Shown here: in pieces, positions 48,796 through 58,276 of the stretch
Numbering within the stretch: the first letter of the stretch is position 1
How the letters are laid out: the number at the start of each line of letters is the position of its first letter
Source: a bacterium
GTDB taxonomy: Bacteria > Patescibacteriota > Minisyncoccia > Minisyncoccales > UBA1441
NCBI GenBank assembly: GCA_029559515.1
Contig: JAKQBO010000007.1
Location: 11,878 to 75,877, forward strand
DNA: 64,000 nucleotides
Direction of reading: 5' to 3'
Made by a program: the position numbers and the translations under genes
Notes under the pieces: generated by a model
What the model was told of the DNA's origin: nothing
Seen by the model: only the letters and a program-made list of their open reading frames with translations
Databases searched by the model: none

Positions 48796-49605
48796 CAAGT
48801 TTCTCCCACATTTCTGTAGGCTCAGACTATATCTTCATCCTCCTGGTTATGACAGAAGGAGCCGACATATTATAGAGGCTTACATCTTCTCCTAAGAGAT
48901 TTCCCCTCTATAAGCGATATTATGTTATATCGACAAGTCGTTACGGGGACAAAAATAAAGGCTTAAAAAGAAAGAATTTCCGCAATATCTTTTCTCGTCT
49001 TATCCATTTTTTTCTTTCCAGACTGATAAGAGAGTCTCCTTGATCTCAGCAATGCATTCGCAATCTTCTTCTTCTCAGTGATTGTTAGCTGGTTTATGTT
49101 TTTCAGAACAAGAATATCTAACACTTGAGAAATAAGTTTCGCTTGTTCCTTTTTGAAGCGTAGATAAGGATAAAGAAGAATCAGAATTTCTCTAATTTGC
49201 TTATATCCATTAATCCTCAACTCGGTTATACCATCGCTTCGATGAGATATATATCCTATTTCTAAGACTTCTCTTATCCAGAAAAGCGGCTTCTCGTGCC
49301 TGATGTCCTGATAAAAACAAATCGTAAACATCAGTCTTCTCCCTCTAGACGAATCTTTTCGTTTCTTTACTTGAAAGAAAATACTGCCATCTCCGTCTAG
49401 AAATCCAGCTATGTATGCAAGATCAACTTTATTTTTTTGTCTTCCCACGGTATTGCCTTAATTTTCATATGGTCCTCAAGTAAATTGTACCAAAAAACTA
49501 TGGACCGACAAGTTTTTTAGTCGCTGCAACCATATAAAAAATGAAGGTTTCACCGTTATTAGTCGGGTTGTCATCACGGATTACTCCGTGAAGTAGCAAT
49601 TTCTT
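48796..49605 (-). mobile_element. group I intron inserted after U2656 in the sarcin-ricin loop, 810 nt
   Basis: Removal restores CCTAGT|ACGAGAGGACC; P1 UAGU/GCUA with a U-G pair; terminal G; core motifs CCGTGGGAAG, CCCCGTAACGACT and GATATAGTCT. Confidence 0.9.
48963..49448 (-). CDS. single-motif LAGLIDADG homing endonuclease (I-CreI-like)
   Basis: LAYIAGFLDGDGSI, FYQ, IGYI, LYPYLRFKKEQAKLI. Confidence 0.92.
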   Translation of the reverse strand: MGRQKNKVDLAYIAGFLDGDGSIFFQVKKRKDSSRGRRLMFTICFYQDIRHEKPLFWIREVLEIGYISHRSDGITELRINGYKQIREILILLYPYLRFKKEQAKLISQVLDILVLKNINQLTITEKKKIANALLRSRRLSYQSGKKKMDKTRKDIAEILSF

Positions 49606-49667
49606 ACTAGGAATGAGTCTCCTCAAGATTTAGCGCCTGCGGTAGATAGTGACCAACCTGTCTCACG

Positions 49668-50046
49668 CTAATTTACTTTTTACACCTGTCGCCAGGTGGT
49701 TCGGACTATACCACCATCCTTTCCTTTTAAGAAAGGAGACCGACGTATTATGGAGGTTTCTCCTCCATCCTCATGCGCAAGCATGAAAGTCTCTACGGGG
49801 TCGATATATGAACAACACACTTTCCGGACTTCCGAAGGAATCGATTATTCTCATAATTTCATTTAATTCCTTAGGTACATTAAGCACAAACTTTTTAGTT
49901 GTTTAGACATATACGACTTCCCTCGGTATTATCCTAATACGTGACAGGTTGCATCACAATTATTAGGACTTCACCGATATGAGTCGGTTTTTTCAATCCA
50001 CCTTACGGTGGAAAGCCGCCGTGTAAACTCGATGTCATGATTGTTG
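49668..50046 (-). mobile_element. ORF-less group I intron at L2593, 379 nt
   Basis: Removal restores AAACCGT|CGTGAGACAG; guide CACG-GCGG pairs with both exons; terminal G; core motifs CCGAGGGAAG, CCCCGTAGAGACT and GTATAGTCC. Confidence 0.9.
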
Positions 50047-50707
50047 ACGGTTTGAACCCAGCTCGCGTAAGATTTTAATCGGCGAACAGCCGAACCCTTG
50101 GAACCTTCTCCAGCTCCAGGATATCTTGAGCCGACATCGAGGTGTCGAACAGGGCCGTAGATATGGACTCGTGGGCCCTACTAACCTGTTATCCCCGGGG
50201 TAGCTTTTATCTGATGATCTTCCGTAGTTCTACAAATTACGGTCGGTTCACTAAGCTCCTCTTTCGAGACTGCGCGGCATAGCCGCCTTGCAGTAAAGCC
50301 AGCTTATGGCTTTGCCCTATCGCTTCGATTTCCATCCGAAGCTAGCTGACCTTTAGGCGCCTCCGCTACCATTTAGGAGGCGAGCGCCCCACTCAAACTA
50401 ACCCCCAAACAATGTCCCGGCCGTTTTTGAGGCGGCTCGGTTAGAACTAGAACTATAACAGGGTGGTGTTTCATTGGCGACTCCACCTAACCCTAAAGTC
50501 AGGTTTCAAAGTCTCCCACCTACGCTACGCAGCTATAACCCTAGGCCAATATCTGGTTATAGTAAAGCTCCCGGGGTCTTTCCGTCTAGCCGCAGGTAAC
50601 CGGCATCTTCACCGGTACTGCATTTTCACCGGGCATCTCGTTGAGACAGTTCTCCGGTCGTTACGCCTTTCATGCGGGCCTGAACTTACCAGGCAAGGGA
50701 TTACGCT

Positions 50708-51438
50708 CAATCTGTTACTTATGTGACCTGTTTTAGATAAAAACAGGCGGCAAAGACATTTAAGACTTCGCTCTCCATGTCGCCATGGAGGTCGGACCAT
50801 ATCTTCTCTAGCTTAAAACTAGAGTCCGGCGTATGGCCTCTGAGGATTTCGATCCTACCGGAACTTCCTTGTGTTCATCTTTGTTGTTAGTGTCTGAATT
50901 TTTTCCAGCCCCTTTTTGTTAAGGTGCTCTCCTTTGTCCATCATTCTAACGATACGAGCAAAGTATTGGAAGTTCTTTTTCTTGGTAGTTTTGAGTGGAT
51001 GGGACTCAAAAAAAGGAATTATTTTTTTGAGCAAATCTTGGCGATTTCTGACAACGTATTTCGCTAAATGATAGTGGTGATTATCGTATCGCTTATTGAG
51101 ATAGATGCCACCACAACCAAAGAATTCATGAATTTTCTCCAGAGCCTCCTTGCTTTCAATGCTCTGTGTAATTACAAACTCCGGAAATACCTGCCACTTT
51201 AATCGCAATCTAGATTTAGGATGTTTAAAAAAACTTACTGTAAAACATCCTTCTCCATCGACAAAACCAACAATCCATCCGGTAAAAACCGATCTTTCCT
51301 GCTGATTGTCTGCACCAGACACATTGTCACTCTGCATATTGTTAAAGTCTAGGTTGACCTTAACACATTATGACAGAGTAGTGCTGGATACACCAGACTT
51401 TCCAGCATATAGCCGGATTTTACTAAAGCAGTGTTCCT
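50708..51438 (-). mobile_element. group I intron at L1931, 731 nt
   Basis: Removal restores TTAAAGT|AGCGTAAT; P1 UAAAGU/GCUUUA; terminal G; core motifs CAGCAGGAAAG, TCCTCAGAGGCCAT and GATATGGTCC. Confidence 0.9.
50855..51337 (-). CDS. single-motif LAGLIDADG homing endonuclease
   Basis: WIVGFVDGEGCF, FVITQ, FFGCG, IIPFFESHPLKTTK. Confidence 0.93.
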   Translation of the reverse strand: MQSDNVSGADNQQERSVFTGWIVGFVDGEGCFTVSFFKHPKSRLRLKWQVFPEFVITQSIESKEALEKIHEFFGCGGIYLNKRYDNHHYHLAKYVVRNRQDLLKKIIPFFESHPLKTTKKKNFQYFARIVRMMDKGEHLNKKGLEKIQTLTTKMNTRKFR

Positions 51439-52847
51439 ACTTTAACACGGTCAGAGTTACCGCGGACGTTTACCGGGGCTTCGCTCAGTCAGCCCAATTC
51501 CAAAGAATCAGACCGCCAAGGTTAACCTTACGGCACTGGTCAGGCGTCAGCCTCTATACATCCTCTTACGAGTTCGCAGAGACTTGTGTTTTTGATAAAC
51601 AGTCGCCAGAGATTCGTTCGCTGCGCCCCAGGCGAACCTGGGGAGTCCTTATCGCAAACTTACGGACACTGTTTTGCCGAGTTCCTTAACGAGATTTTAC
51701 CCGTTCACCTTAGCACTTTTATGCCCACCCACCTGTGTCGGTTTTCGGTACGGAGCCTATTGGGAACGTCACTGAAACTTTTCCGGGAAGAGTGCTGGCC
51801 GGAATTTCCCTCCCCGAGAGGAAAGATTTCGGTTGACCTTGGATTGCTCCTTAGCCCGCCGACCCAAATCCAATAATGGGATCCGGTTACTACTCTTCGT
51901 CATCTCAGCACTACCCAATAGGCGGGCTGGAATATTAACCAGCTGTCCATCGACTACCCCTTTCGGGTTGGCCTTAGGCCCGCCTAACCCTTGGATGATT
52001 GCCATTGCCAAGGAAACCTTAGGTTTTCGGTGCTCAGGGCTCTCACCTGAGTTGCGGTTACTCGTGCCAACATTCTCACTTCCCCCCGCTCCACCGTTGC
52101 TTCCGCAACGACTTCGACGCTGGAGGAACGCTCCTCTACCAGCTAACTCAAAAGAGTTAACTCCATGTCTTCGGTATTAGGCTTAGGCCCGTAAATTTTC
52201 GGCGCGGAACTTCTTAGCTGGTAAGCTATTACGCACTTTTTAAAGGATTGCTGCTTCTAAGCAAACCTTCCAGGTATCTGAGAAATTCCACTTCCTTGAT
52301 ACACTTAGCCTAATTTTGGGACCTTAGACGATGGTCTGGGTTGTTTCCCTTTTGCCCATGGACCTTAGCGCCCACAGACTGACTGCCCGACTCAAACGCT
52401 CCGGGAATTCGGAGTTTGGTTAAACAGGGCGGGACGAACCCAACCAAGTCTATCCAGTGCTCTACCTCCCGGGCGAAGCATCGGACGCTAGCCCTAAAGC
52501 TATTTCGAGGAGAACCAGCTATTCCCAGGCTCGATTGACTTTTCACCGCTTGCCACAGCTCATCCCAGAGTTTTGCTACACTCACGGGTTCGGACCTCCA
52601 CGCGTGCTTCCACGCGCTTCATCCTGGCCATGGCAGGATCGCCTGGCTTCGGGTCTTACTCAAGCCGCTAGGCGGGCTATTAACCCTCGCTTTCACTACG
52701 CCTCTCGGGGAGACCCCGATTAAACTTGCGACTTAAATAAACTCGTTGGCTCGTTCTGCAAAAAGCACCCCGTCACGGCTTAAAAGCCGCTCCGAGTCCT
52801 TGTGAGCATGATGGTTTCAGGTCTATTTCAACGCCCTCACCGGGCTG

Positions 52848-52886
<39 letters not shown>

Positions 52887-53435
52887 GATATTGAGTATTT
52901 AGCCTTTCCCGGTAGTCCGGGATAATTCCCGCTGGGTTTTCTGTCCCAACGGTACTCAGGAAAGAACCAGAAATTTGATCGTTTTCGTCTACGGGGCTAT
53001 CACCCTCTGTGGCCCACTCTTTCCAGAACGGTTCGACTAACGATCGTCGTTTCTTTTATGGATCTCCCTACGACCCTCTTGGTGGAGCAAGGCTCCGCCA
53101 AAAGTTTAGGCACGCTCCTTTTCGCTCGCCGCTACTAAGGAGTTCTCTTACGATTTCTCTTCCTCCGCTTACTGAGATGTTTCACTTCAGCGGGTTCGCC
53201 GCCTCTAAAAGAGGCTGTTCCGGGTTAAGCCGGAACGGGTACTCCCATTCGGAGATCTCCGGATCAAAGGTTGCTACACACCTCCCCGAAGCTTATCGCA
53301 GCTACGCCACGTCCTTCATCGCCTCAATATCCCAAGGCATCCACCATCTGCTCTTAAAGTAACCTTCTTCATAAAAATGCTTTCTAAACTGACTAGCAAT
53401 TAATAGTTGCTAAAGCTATTAATTACATTATTAAA

Positions 53436-53588
53436 TTGTCAAGAACTTTTCAAAGAAAAAGCCGCTATTGAAAGCGACTCGTCAACCAGGCAATAAACAG
53501 CGTACTCTCTTAGTCGCTTTGGATAAATCTGATTGTTAATGGCTTTTCCATACGCAAGTAAGTTTAGCAAAAGTTAAAATTTTGTCAA
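53436..53588 (-). promoter_or_regulatory. 23S-5S promoter, structured leader and boxA-like element
   Basis: TTGACA(53588)-16 nt-TAAACT(53566) with extended TG; leader stems; GTTCTTGACAA at 53446-53436. Confidence 0.75.
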
Positions 53589-53595
53589 CTGGCTG

Positions 53596-53629
53596 AAAAA
53601 CAAAAGCGAACCGCTGGAGCAGTTCGCTT
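53596..53629 (-). terminator. intrinsic terminator of the small membrane-protein gene
   Basis: AAGCGAACTGC-tcca-GCGGTTCGCTT followed by TTGTTTTT. Confidence 0.8.
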
Positions 53630-53685
53630 CTGCCGACTGATGATTAGGCTCAAGCCAGATCCTCAGTCTTTCTTAAATCAAAAAA

Positions 53686-53841
53686 TTACTGTTGAGACTG
53701 GTTTTCCTTGCTCTGAAAGCCTTCCGGCTTATGCGGACTCTCTCCGGTCCCGGAGCCTCCATTTTTCTTTTTCTTTCCCATCCAGAACCAAAGCACGAGC
53801 ACAATAAGTAGAAGGATAACAAGCCAAATATAAAAACTCAT
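53686..53841 (-). CDS. small membrane protein (51 aa), absent from the ORF track
   Basis: MSFYIWLVILLLIVLVLWFWMGKKKKNGGSGTGESPHKPEGFQSKENQSQQ; own promoter (TTGGCA-17-TAATAT, 53993-53965) and terminator. Confidence 0.75.
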   Translation of the reverse strand: MSFYIWLVILLLIVLVLWFWMGKKKKNGGSGTGESPHKPEGFQSKENQSQQ

Positions 53842-53862
53842 ATTAAAAATTAATTTTAATTA

Positions 53863-53958
53863 ACTTGAGCTTCTTCCGATAGCTAGGCAACCCGCTATGC
53901 ATAGAAGATGCTTCTTTGGTCTAAACGACGATAAGATTATCGACGCCTCCAACCCTCT
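53863..53958 (-). ncRNA. candidate structured 5' leader RNA (two long hairpins), family unassigned
   Basis: TTGG-AGGCG-CGATAA/TTATCG-CGTTT-CCAA and AGC-TCTTCT-ATAGC-GGG/CCT-GCTAT-GGAAGA-GCT lie between the promoter and the small ORF. Confidence 0.45.
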
Positions 53959-53996
53959 GCCTAGATATTAGCATACTCTCCTCTCTCTGCCAATAG

Positions 53997-55328
53997 TCAA
54001 GGGTCAAGTTTAACCGCCCACTGATAAATGTCGCCGGCGCCAACAGCCACCACAATATCATCTTTCGCCAGCTCCTGGCTCAGCTTCTGCGAAAGCTGGC
54101 CAAAGGGCCAATATAAGGTATTGTCTCGGCCAATAGCCTGAACCATCTTTTCAGCATTAACTTTTCGGCTTAAGCTGGCCCGTTCTCGACCCGGCACATC
54201 ATAAATATCAGTGATGATAACTCGATAATCATTCCGCCCCTCTTTACCGTTTTGAAAGGCTTCAACAAAGCGATCGAAAAAATAGAAAACCCGTTGATAC
54301 TGGTGGGGCTGAAAGATAAACCAGATCCGCCGGTTTTCAAATCTTTCTTCCAGAGCTTGAAACAGCGCCTTAACTTCAGTCGGATGATGGGCATAATCAT
54401 GAATCAGTGTAAAAGTTGTCTTGTCTAGCTTCCCTCGGCGCTGGTCAAAGCGGCGCCAACAACAGTAGTAATGGCTTATTGCCTTATAAGAAACTTCATC
54501 CGATACTCCCAGCGCTCGGGCTGCCGTCAAGGCGGCCAGGGCATTGCTGATATTATGCCGACCGGGCACCTTGATTACCCGCGCTATCTTTTCGGCCTCT
54601 TGCTGATTCAAAGAAAAAGGCGCCTTGTTTTTGATCCGAACCCGGCTCAGCAAATGAATAATATTTCTATCGTCTTGATTGAAGACCAAAGTTCCTTCCG
54701 GGGAAAGCCGACCCAGATATTCCTGATAGGTGTCAACGATATGGTCGAGATCCCGATAGTAATCGAGATGGTCTTCCTCAATATTAGTTAAAACAATCAT
54801 CTCCGGATGGTAGTTCAGAAACGAACCCTGCCATTCGTCAGCTTCAATAATAAAATATCGACTTCGACCTAAGCGGAAATTGCTGTTGCCGAAAGCCTTT
54901 AGCTTGGTGCCGATAATAACTGTTGGGTCTAATCCCGCTTCGACTAGAATCAGAGAGAGCATTGAAACAGTGGTGCTTTTGCCGTGAGTTCCGGAAACAG
55001 TTACCGTAAAATGGTCCCGAGTTACCTGGCCCAAGGCCTGAGCATAGGTTAAAATCGGCAAGGCTCTCTTCTTTTCTATTAATCTTGCCTGTTGCAGCTC
55101 TGGATTATCATCTTGGACGGCGGCGCTATAAATAACCATTCCGACGTCTTTAGGAACATGACTGGCCTGGTGCCGGCCAGTTTTAATCTTAGCGCCTAAT
55201 TTTTTCAAATCCTCAATAATTTCTGTCTGGCCCAGATCCGATCCGGTTATCTCGTCACCTCGGGCCAAATAGTATCGGGCTAAGGCTGAAACGCCGATCC
55301 CGCCAATACCAATGCAGTGTATCTTCAT
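53997..55328 (-). CDS. murC: UDP-MurNAc--L-alanine ligase
   Basis: GIGGIGVSALA, GTHGKSTT, EADE, DHLD, DYAHHPTE, FQPH, GAGDI. Confidence 0.96.
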   Translation of the reverse strand: MKIHCIGIGGIGVSALARYYLARGDEITGSDLGQTEIIEDLKKLGAKIKTGRHQASHVPKDVGMVIYSAAVQDDNPELQQARLIEKKRALPILTYAQALGQVTRDHFTVTVSGTHGKSTTVSMLSLILVEAGLDPTVIIGTKLKAFGNSNFRLGRSRYFIIEADEWQGSFLNYHPEMIVLTNIEEDHLDYYRDLDHIVDTYQEYLGRLSPEGTLVFNQDDRNIIHLLSRVRIKNKAPFSLNQQEAEKIARVIKVPGRHNISNALAALTAARALGVSDEVSYKAISHYYCCWRRFDQRRGKLDKTTFTLIHDYAHHPTEVKALFQALEERFENRRIWFIFQPHQYQRVFYFFDRFVEAFQNGKEGRNDYRVIITDIYDVPGRERASLSRKVNAEKMVQAIGRDNTLYWPFGQLSQKLSQELAKDDIVVAVGAGDIYQWAVKLDP

Positions 55329-55897
55329 AATGATTTTAAAGGAATTGTTTCTATGACAAAATACTTCGGCGGCCGGCCAGGAGAAAGTTTACTTTCCATA
55401 ATTAATATTTCATTTACCATCACCTGCCTGTCAAGGTCTTCTTTAATCGGCTCTCGCGCTTCAGCTTCCAGCTTAGCCCACTCCCACTTCTTCACTCGTC
55501 CTAAAGTAACATGAATCTTGGCGTCTCTGGATTGGTCCGGCAAATAATAAAGGTTTTCGGCCCGAAGGCGCTGGTCAATCTCCTCTTTCAGCTTATTAAA
55601 TTCTTGGTTCTCCTCGCCTGTCAGCCAAACCAGGCGAGGCGGCAAAGAATCATCTGGCCCATATCTAACCTGGCCGAAATTAAGAGTAAAAGGCTGGTGT
55701 TTTTTCGCCACTCTTTCAACTTCTCTGATTATTTGATAAACATTTTCTGATTGCACCGCACCTAAGAAGAGGACGGTCACATGAAGATTATCTGCCTGGA
55801 CCCAGCTAACTGGTAAATGATAACGATCCTGAATCTGGATTAGTTGCGACCGAAAATCCTCTGGCAAGGCGATAGCAATGAATATCCTTTGAATCAT
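55325..55897 (-). CDS. thpR: RNA 2',3'-cyclic phosphodiesterase (2H family)
   Basis: RIFIAI and two HxT motifs (HVTVLFLG, HVTLGR). Confidence 0.92.
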   Translation of the reverse strand: MIQRIFIAIALPEDFRSQLIQIQDRYHLPVSWVQADNLHVTVLFLGAVQSENVYQIIREVERVAKKHQPFTLNFGQVRYGPDDSLPPRLVWLTGEENQEFNKLKEEIDQRLRAENLYYLPDQSRDAKIHVTLGRVKKWEWAKLEAEAREPIKEDLDRQVMVNEILIMESKLSPGRPPKYFVIETIPLKSL

Positions 55898-55959
55898 GTT
55901 CCAAGATATTCTAGCATATTATAGCCAGAAGGTTAATTTTCGGTTAGAATAAACAGGCT

Positions 55960-56406
55960 ATGGCATCCAGTAAAAAATCCAAAAGAGAAGTTCCCGAAAC
56001 CGACATCCAGAAAGTAGTCAACCACTACTTTTATACTCGGGGCTTGTCGCTTGATGAAATCAAAGAAAGTGCTCGAAAGAAAAAGATAATCTACGGTCGC
56101 TATACTCGAGCCGCCAAAGAGATTCTGGAGTTGGCTGGTTCGGTCGATAAAGCCCGTCAAGCTATTACCACTGTCGCCGAGTGGGCTAAGTCAAGAAATT
56201 TAGAATACAGCCTGGAGACAGTCGCCAAGAAGTGGCTCGAGCTTGACCGGCTCAAGCCGAGAGAAGTTATCAAGAAGCCTTTTTATAGAAACATGCCTCT
56301 GGTCTGGAGCAACGCCAAAGGCAAATGGTATGCCATTAACGATGATGGCGAGTGGCTGGAATTTGTCGGCCAAGAAGAAGAAATCGAATGGAAAGTCGTT
56401 GACTAG
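55960..56406 (+). CDS. hypothetical protein
   Basis: 148-aa charged ORF with an ATG 9 nt after TAGAAT; no family recognised with confidence. Confidence 0.7.
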   Translation: MASSKKSKREVPETDIQKVVNHYFYTRGLSLDEIKESARKKKIIYGRYTRAAKEILELAGSVDKARQAITTVAEWAKSRNLEYSLETVAKKWLELDRLKPREVIKKPFYRNMPLVWSNAKGKWYAINDDGEWLEFVGQEEEIEWKVVD

Positions 56407-57263
56407 TATCCCAGACATTCATTGAATTCAGCCACTTGATTGTTGTAATCGCTGATAATAGCTGACGTCTCCTGAGCCAGGCTATTGTATTTCTGAACTA
56501 ATAAATTATAGGCGTCGACCAATTCGGAATAATCATCGCCTCGACGAGGGTGAATATTGTTTAGCGTTTCTTTAATCTCTGCAATCTGAAGATATTTTTC
56601 TTCCAGCAGAATTTTGTTTTCGTTAATTGATAGGCGAAGCGCCTCATCCGGGATCGGACAGGCTGAGGCGGGCAGACCGAAAACCTGAACCGCTAACCAA
56701 ACTGTTCTGCCTTCAAATGTATCTAGCTTGGTCGCCAGGCCAATCTCTTGGTATTGCTGATGAAGAATATTTTCACGGTGTCCCGGGCTGTCCATCCAGC
56801 CCTGAATCAGTTGCTCTTCGCTCTGAAAATTGCCGAGGGCTAGGTTTTCTCCGATGACAATAAAATCATAACCGACCTGTTTAGCCCAAGAGTCTATCCC
56901 TTGTCCATCAGGCGAATCGTGAGCAAAATATTGGCGCTGGAACATGTCTTCAACTTTCAAACGAGCCGCCTCGTCCAATAAGCTGTTTCTGATAAGTGGC
57001 GCTAAGCCTTCAGCGGCTCTCCTTTCGTTCCCTGTTGCCCAGATTATATCTGGATCAAGAAAGCTAACTGCCGATTCCTGAGTATTTTCCAGGGTTAAGG
57101 GCGGAGGAGCTGTAATCTGATCTTGAACCTGAACGGGATTAATAAAGTCCCCCAGCTCAATTAATGAGTCTAAGTGACCAGACCAGTTAATCTGATCAAA
57201 GTTCCACCAAACTAAAAATACCGTCGCCACAAAAACAAAAAAGATGAAAATCTTTCTTATCAT
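56403..57263 (-). CDS. CAP/SCP-domain exported protein
   Basis: TM anchor, YFAHDSP, GENLALG, WMDSPGHRENIL, C-terminal coiled coil. Confidence 0.9.
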   Translation of the reverse strand: MIRKIFIFFVFVATVFLVWWNFDQINWSGHLDSLIELGDFINPVQVQDQITAPPPLTLENTQESAVSFLDPDIIWATGNERRAAEGLAPLIRNSLLDEAARLKVEDMFQRQYFAHDSPDGQGIDSWAKQVGYDFIVIGENLALGNFQSEEQLIQGWMDSPGHRENILHQQYQEIGLATKLDTFEGRTVWLAVQVFGLPASACPIPDEALRLSINENKILLEEKYLQIAEIKETLNNIHPRRGDDYSELVDAYNLLVQKYNSLAQETSAIISDYNNQVAEFNECLGY

Positions 57264-57349
57264 TTATGTTAGTTTTAATAAAATCATAATAGGCGCAAAT
57301 AAAACTGATTTTCGGGAGAAAACGACTGATTGGCCGTCTCTTTTTTTAA

Positions 57350-58045
57350 TCAACGGCCAAACCTTCTCGATCTCTGCCGATAATCATCCAGGGCGGTTTC
57401 CAGGTCGCCTTTATTGAAGTCCGGCCAATATTTGGATAGAAAATAAAGTTCGCTGTAAATTGACTGCCAAGTCAAAAAACCAGACAATCGCTGTTCCCCG
57501 CTGGTTCGAATAATCATATCCGGATCAGGTAGTCCGGCTGTCCAAAGGCTCCGGCTAACTAAATCTTCATTAATTTCACCAGCCTTCTTGCCCTGCTTAA
57601 TTATTTGACGAAAGGCTTCAACAATTTCACTCCGTCCATTGTAGTTTAGAGCCAGAGTTAGTATCAGTTTATTGTTACTTCGAGTCTTCTCCTCGGCTTC
57701 TTTGATCCGGCGCTGTATTTGCGCAGACAAACCCGGCCGATCCCCCGCAACCCTAATCTGGATATCTTCTTCCAGAGCCCATTTAACCTCTCGGGAGAAT
57801 AGCTTGATTGCTAGTTTTACCAAGTAATCAATTTCCTTCTCTGAGCGCTTCCAGTTATCCCGAGAGAAGGCAAAAATAGTTAAATATTCTATCCCAAAAT
57901 CACGGCACCAGACCGCCGTTTTCTTTAGGACCCTGAAACCGGCCTGATGCCCCTCAAGGATCGGCCGGCCGCGTTCCCGAGCCCACCGACGATTGCCATC
58001 CGGAATAATAGCCAGATGTTTTAATGAAGGTGTTTTTTTATCCAT
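57350..58045 (-). CDS. uppS: undecaprenyl diphosphate synthase
   Basis: HLAIIPDGNRRWA, FSRDNWKR, IRTSGEQRLSGFL, YSEL, WPDF. Confidence 0.96.
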   Translation of the reverse strand: MDKKTPSLKHLAIIPDGNRRWARERGRPILEGHQAGFRVLKKTAVWCRDFGIEYLTIFAFSRDNWKRSEKEIDYLVKLAIKLFSREVKWALEEDIQIRVAGDRPGLSAQIQRRIKEAEEKTRSNNKLILTLALNYNGRSEIVEAFRQIIKQGKKAGEINEDLVSRSLWTAGLPDPDMIIRTSGEQRLSGFLTWQSIYSELYFLSKYWPDFNKGDLETALDDYRQRSRRFGR

Positions 58046-58070
58046 GCCATTGTCTTAAAGGCTAAGATCC

Positions 58071-58274
58071 TCATTTCGATCTTTGCTGATAGTCCCGGAT
58101 AAAATTATCAATCGAGCGATCATATGTTTTCTCAGCTTCGGCTGAGAAGCAACAACCCGGGAGCTCGCCTTTCGCGAGATGATGCTTCAGGCAGAGACAG
58201 CAGACTCCTCGCCGACTACAGCTGGTCCAGGTACAAGGACAATCTTTGGAGTTTTCTTCGCGAGCGCACTCCAT
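58071..58274 (-). CDS. small Cys-rich protein (DUF6485-like)
   Basis: CPCTWTSCSRRGVCCLCLKHHL..ELPGCCF..EKTYDRS. Confidence 0.75.
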   Translation of the reverse strand: MECAREENSKDCPCTWTSCSRRGVCCLCLKHHLAKGELPGCCFSAEAEKTYDRSIDNFIRDYQQRSK

Positions 58275-58276
58275 GG

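Noticed and set aside
53510-53551. 13-codon ORF (MEKPLTIRFIQSD) in the 23S leader
   Set aside because: Too short to support, and it overlaps the RNA stems; it cannot be excluded as a leader peptide but there is no evidence for one
53968-53993. TTAGCA-N14-TGCCAA resembling CIRCE
   Set aside because: The spacing is one nt short, the inner CTC/GAG is absent, and the -35/-10 boxes explain it; no CIRCE was seen before grpE either
55325-55897. ThpR as a ligase for the rRNA introns
   Set aside because: The introns have group I self-splicing hallmarks and thpR is widespread; proximity alone is not evidence
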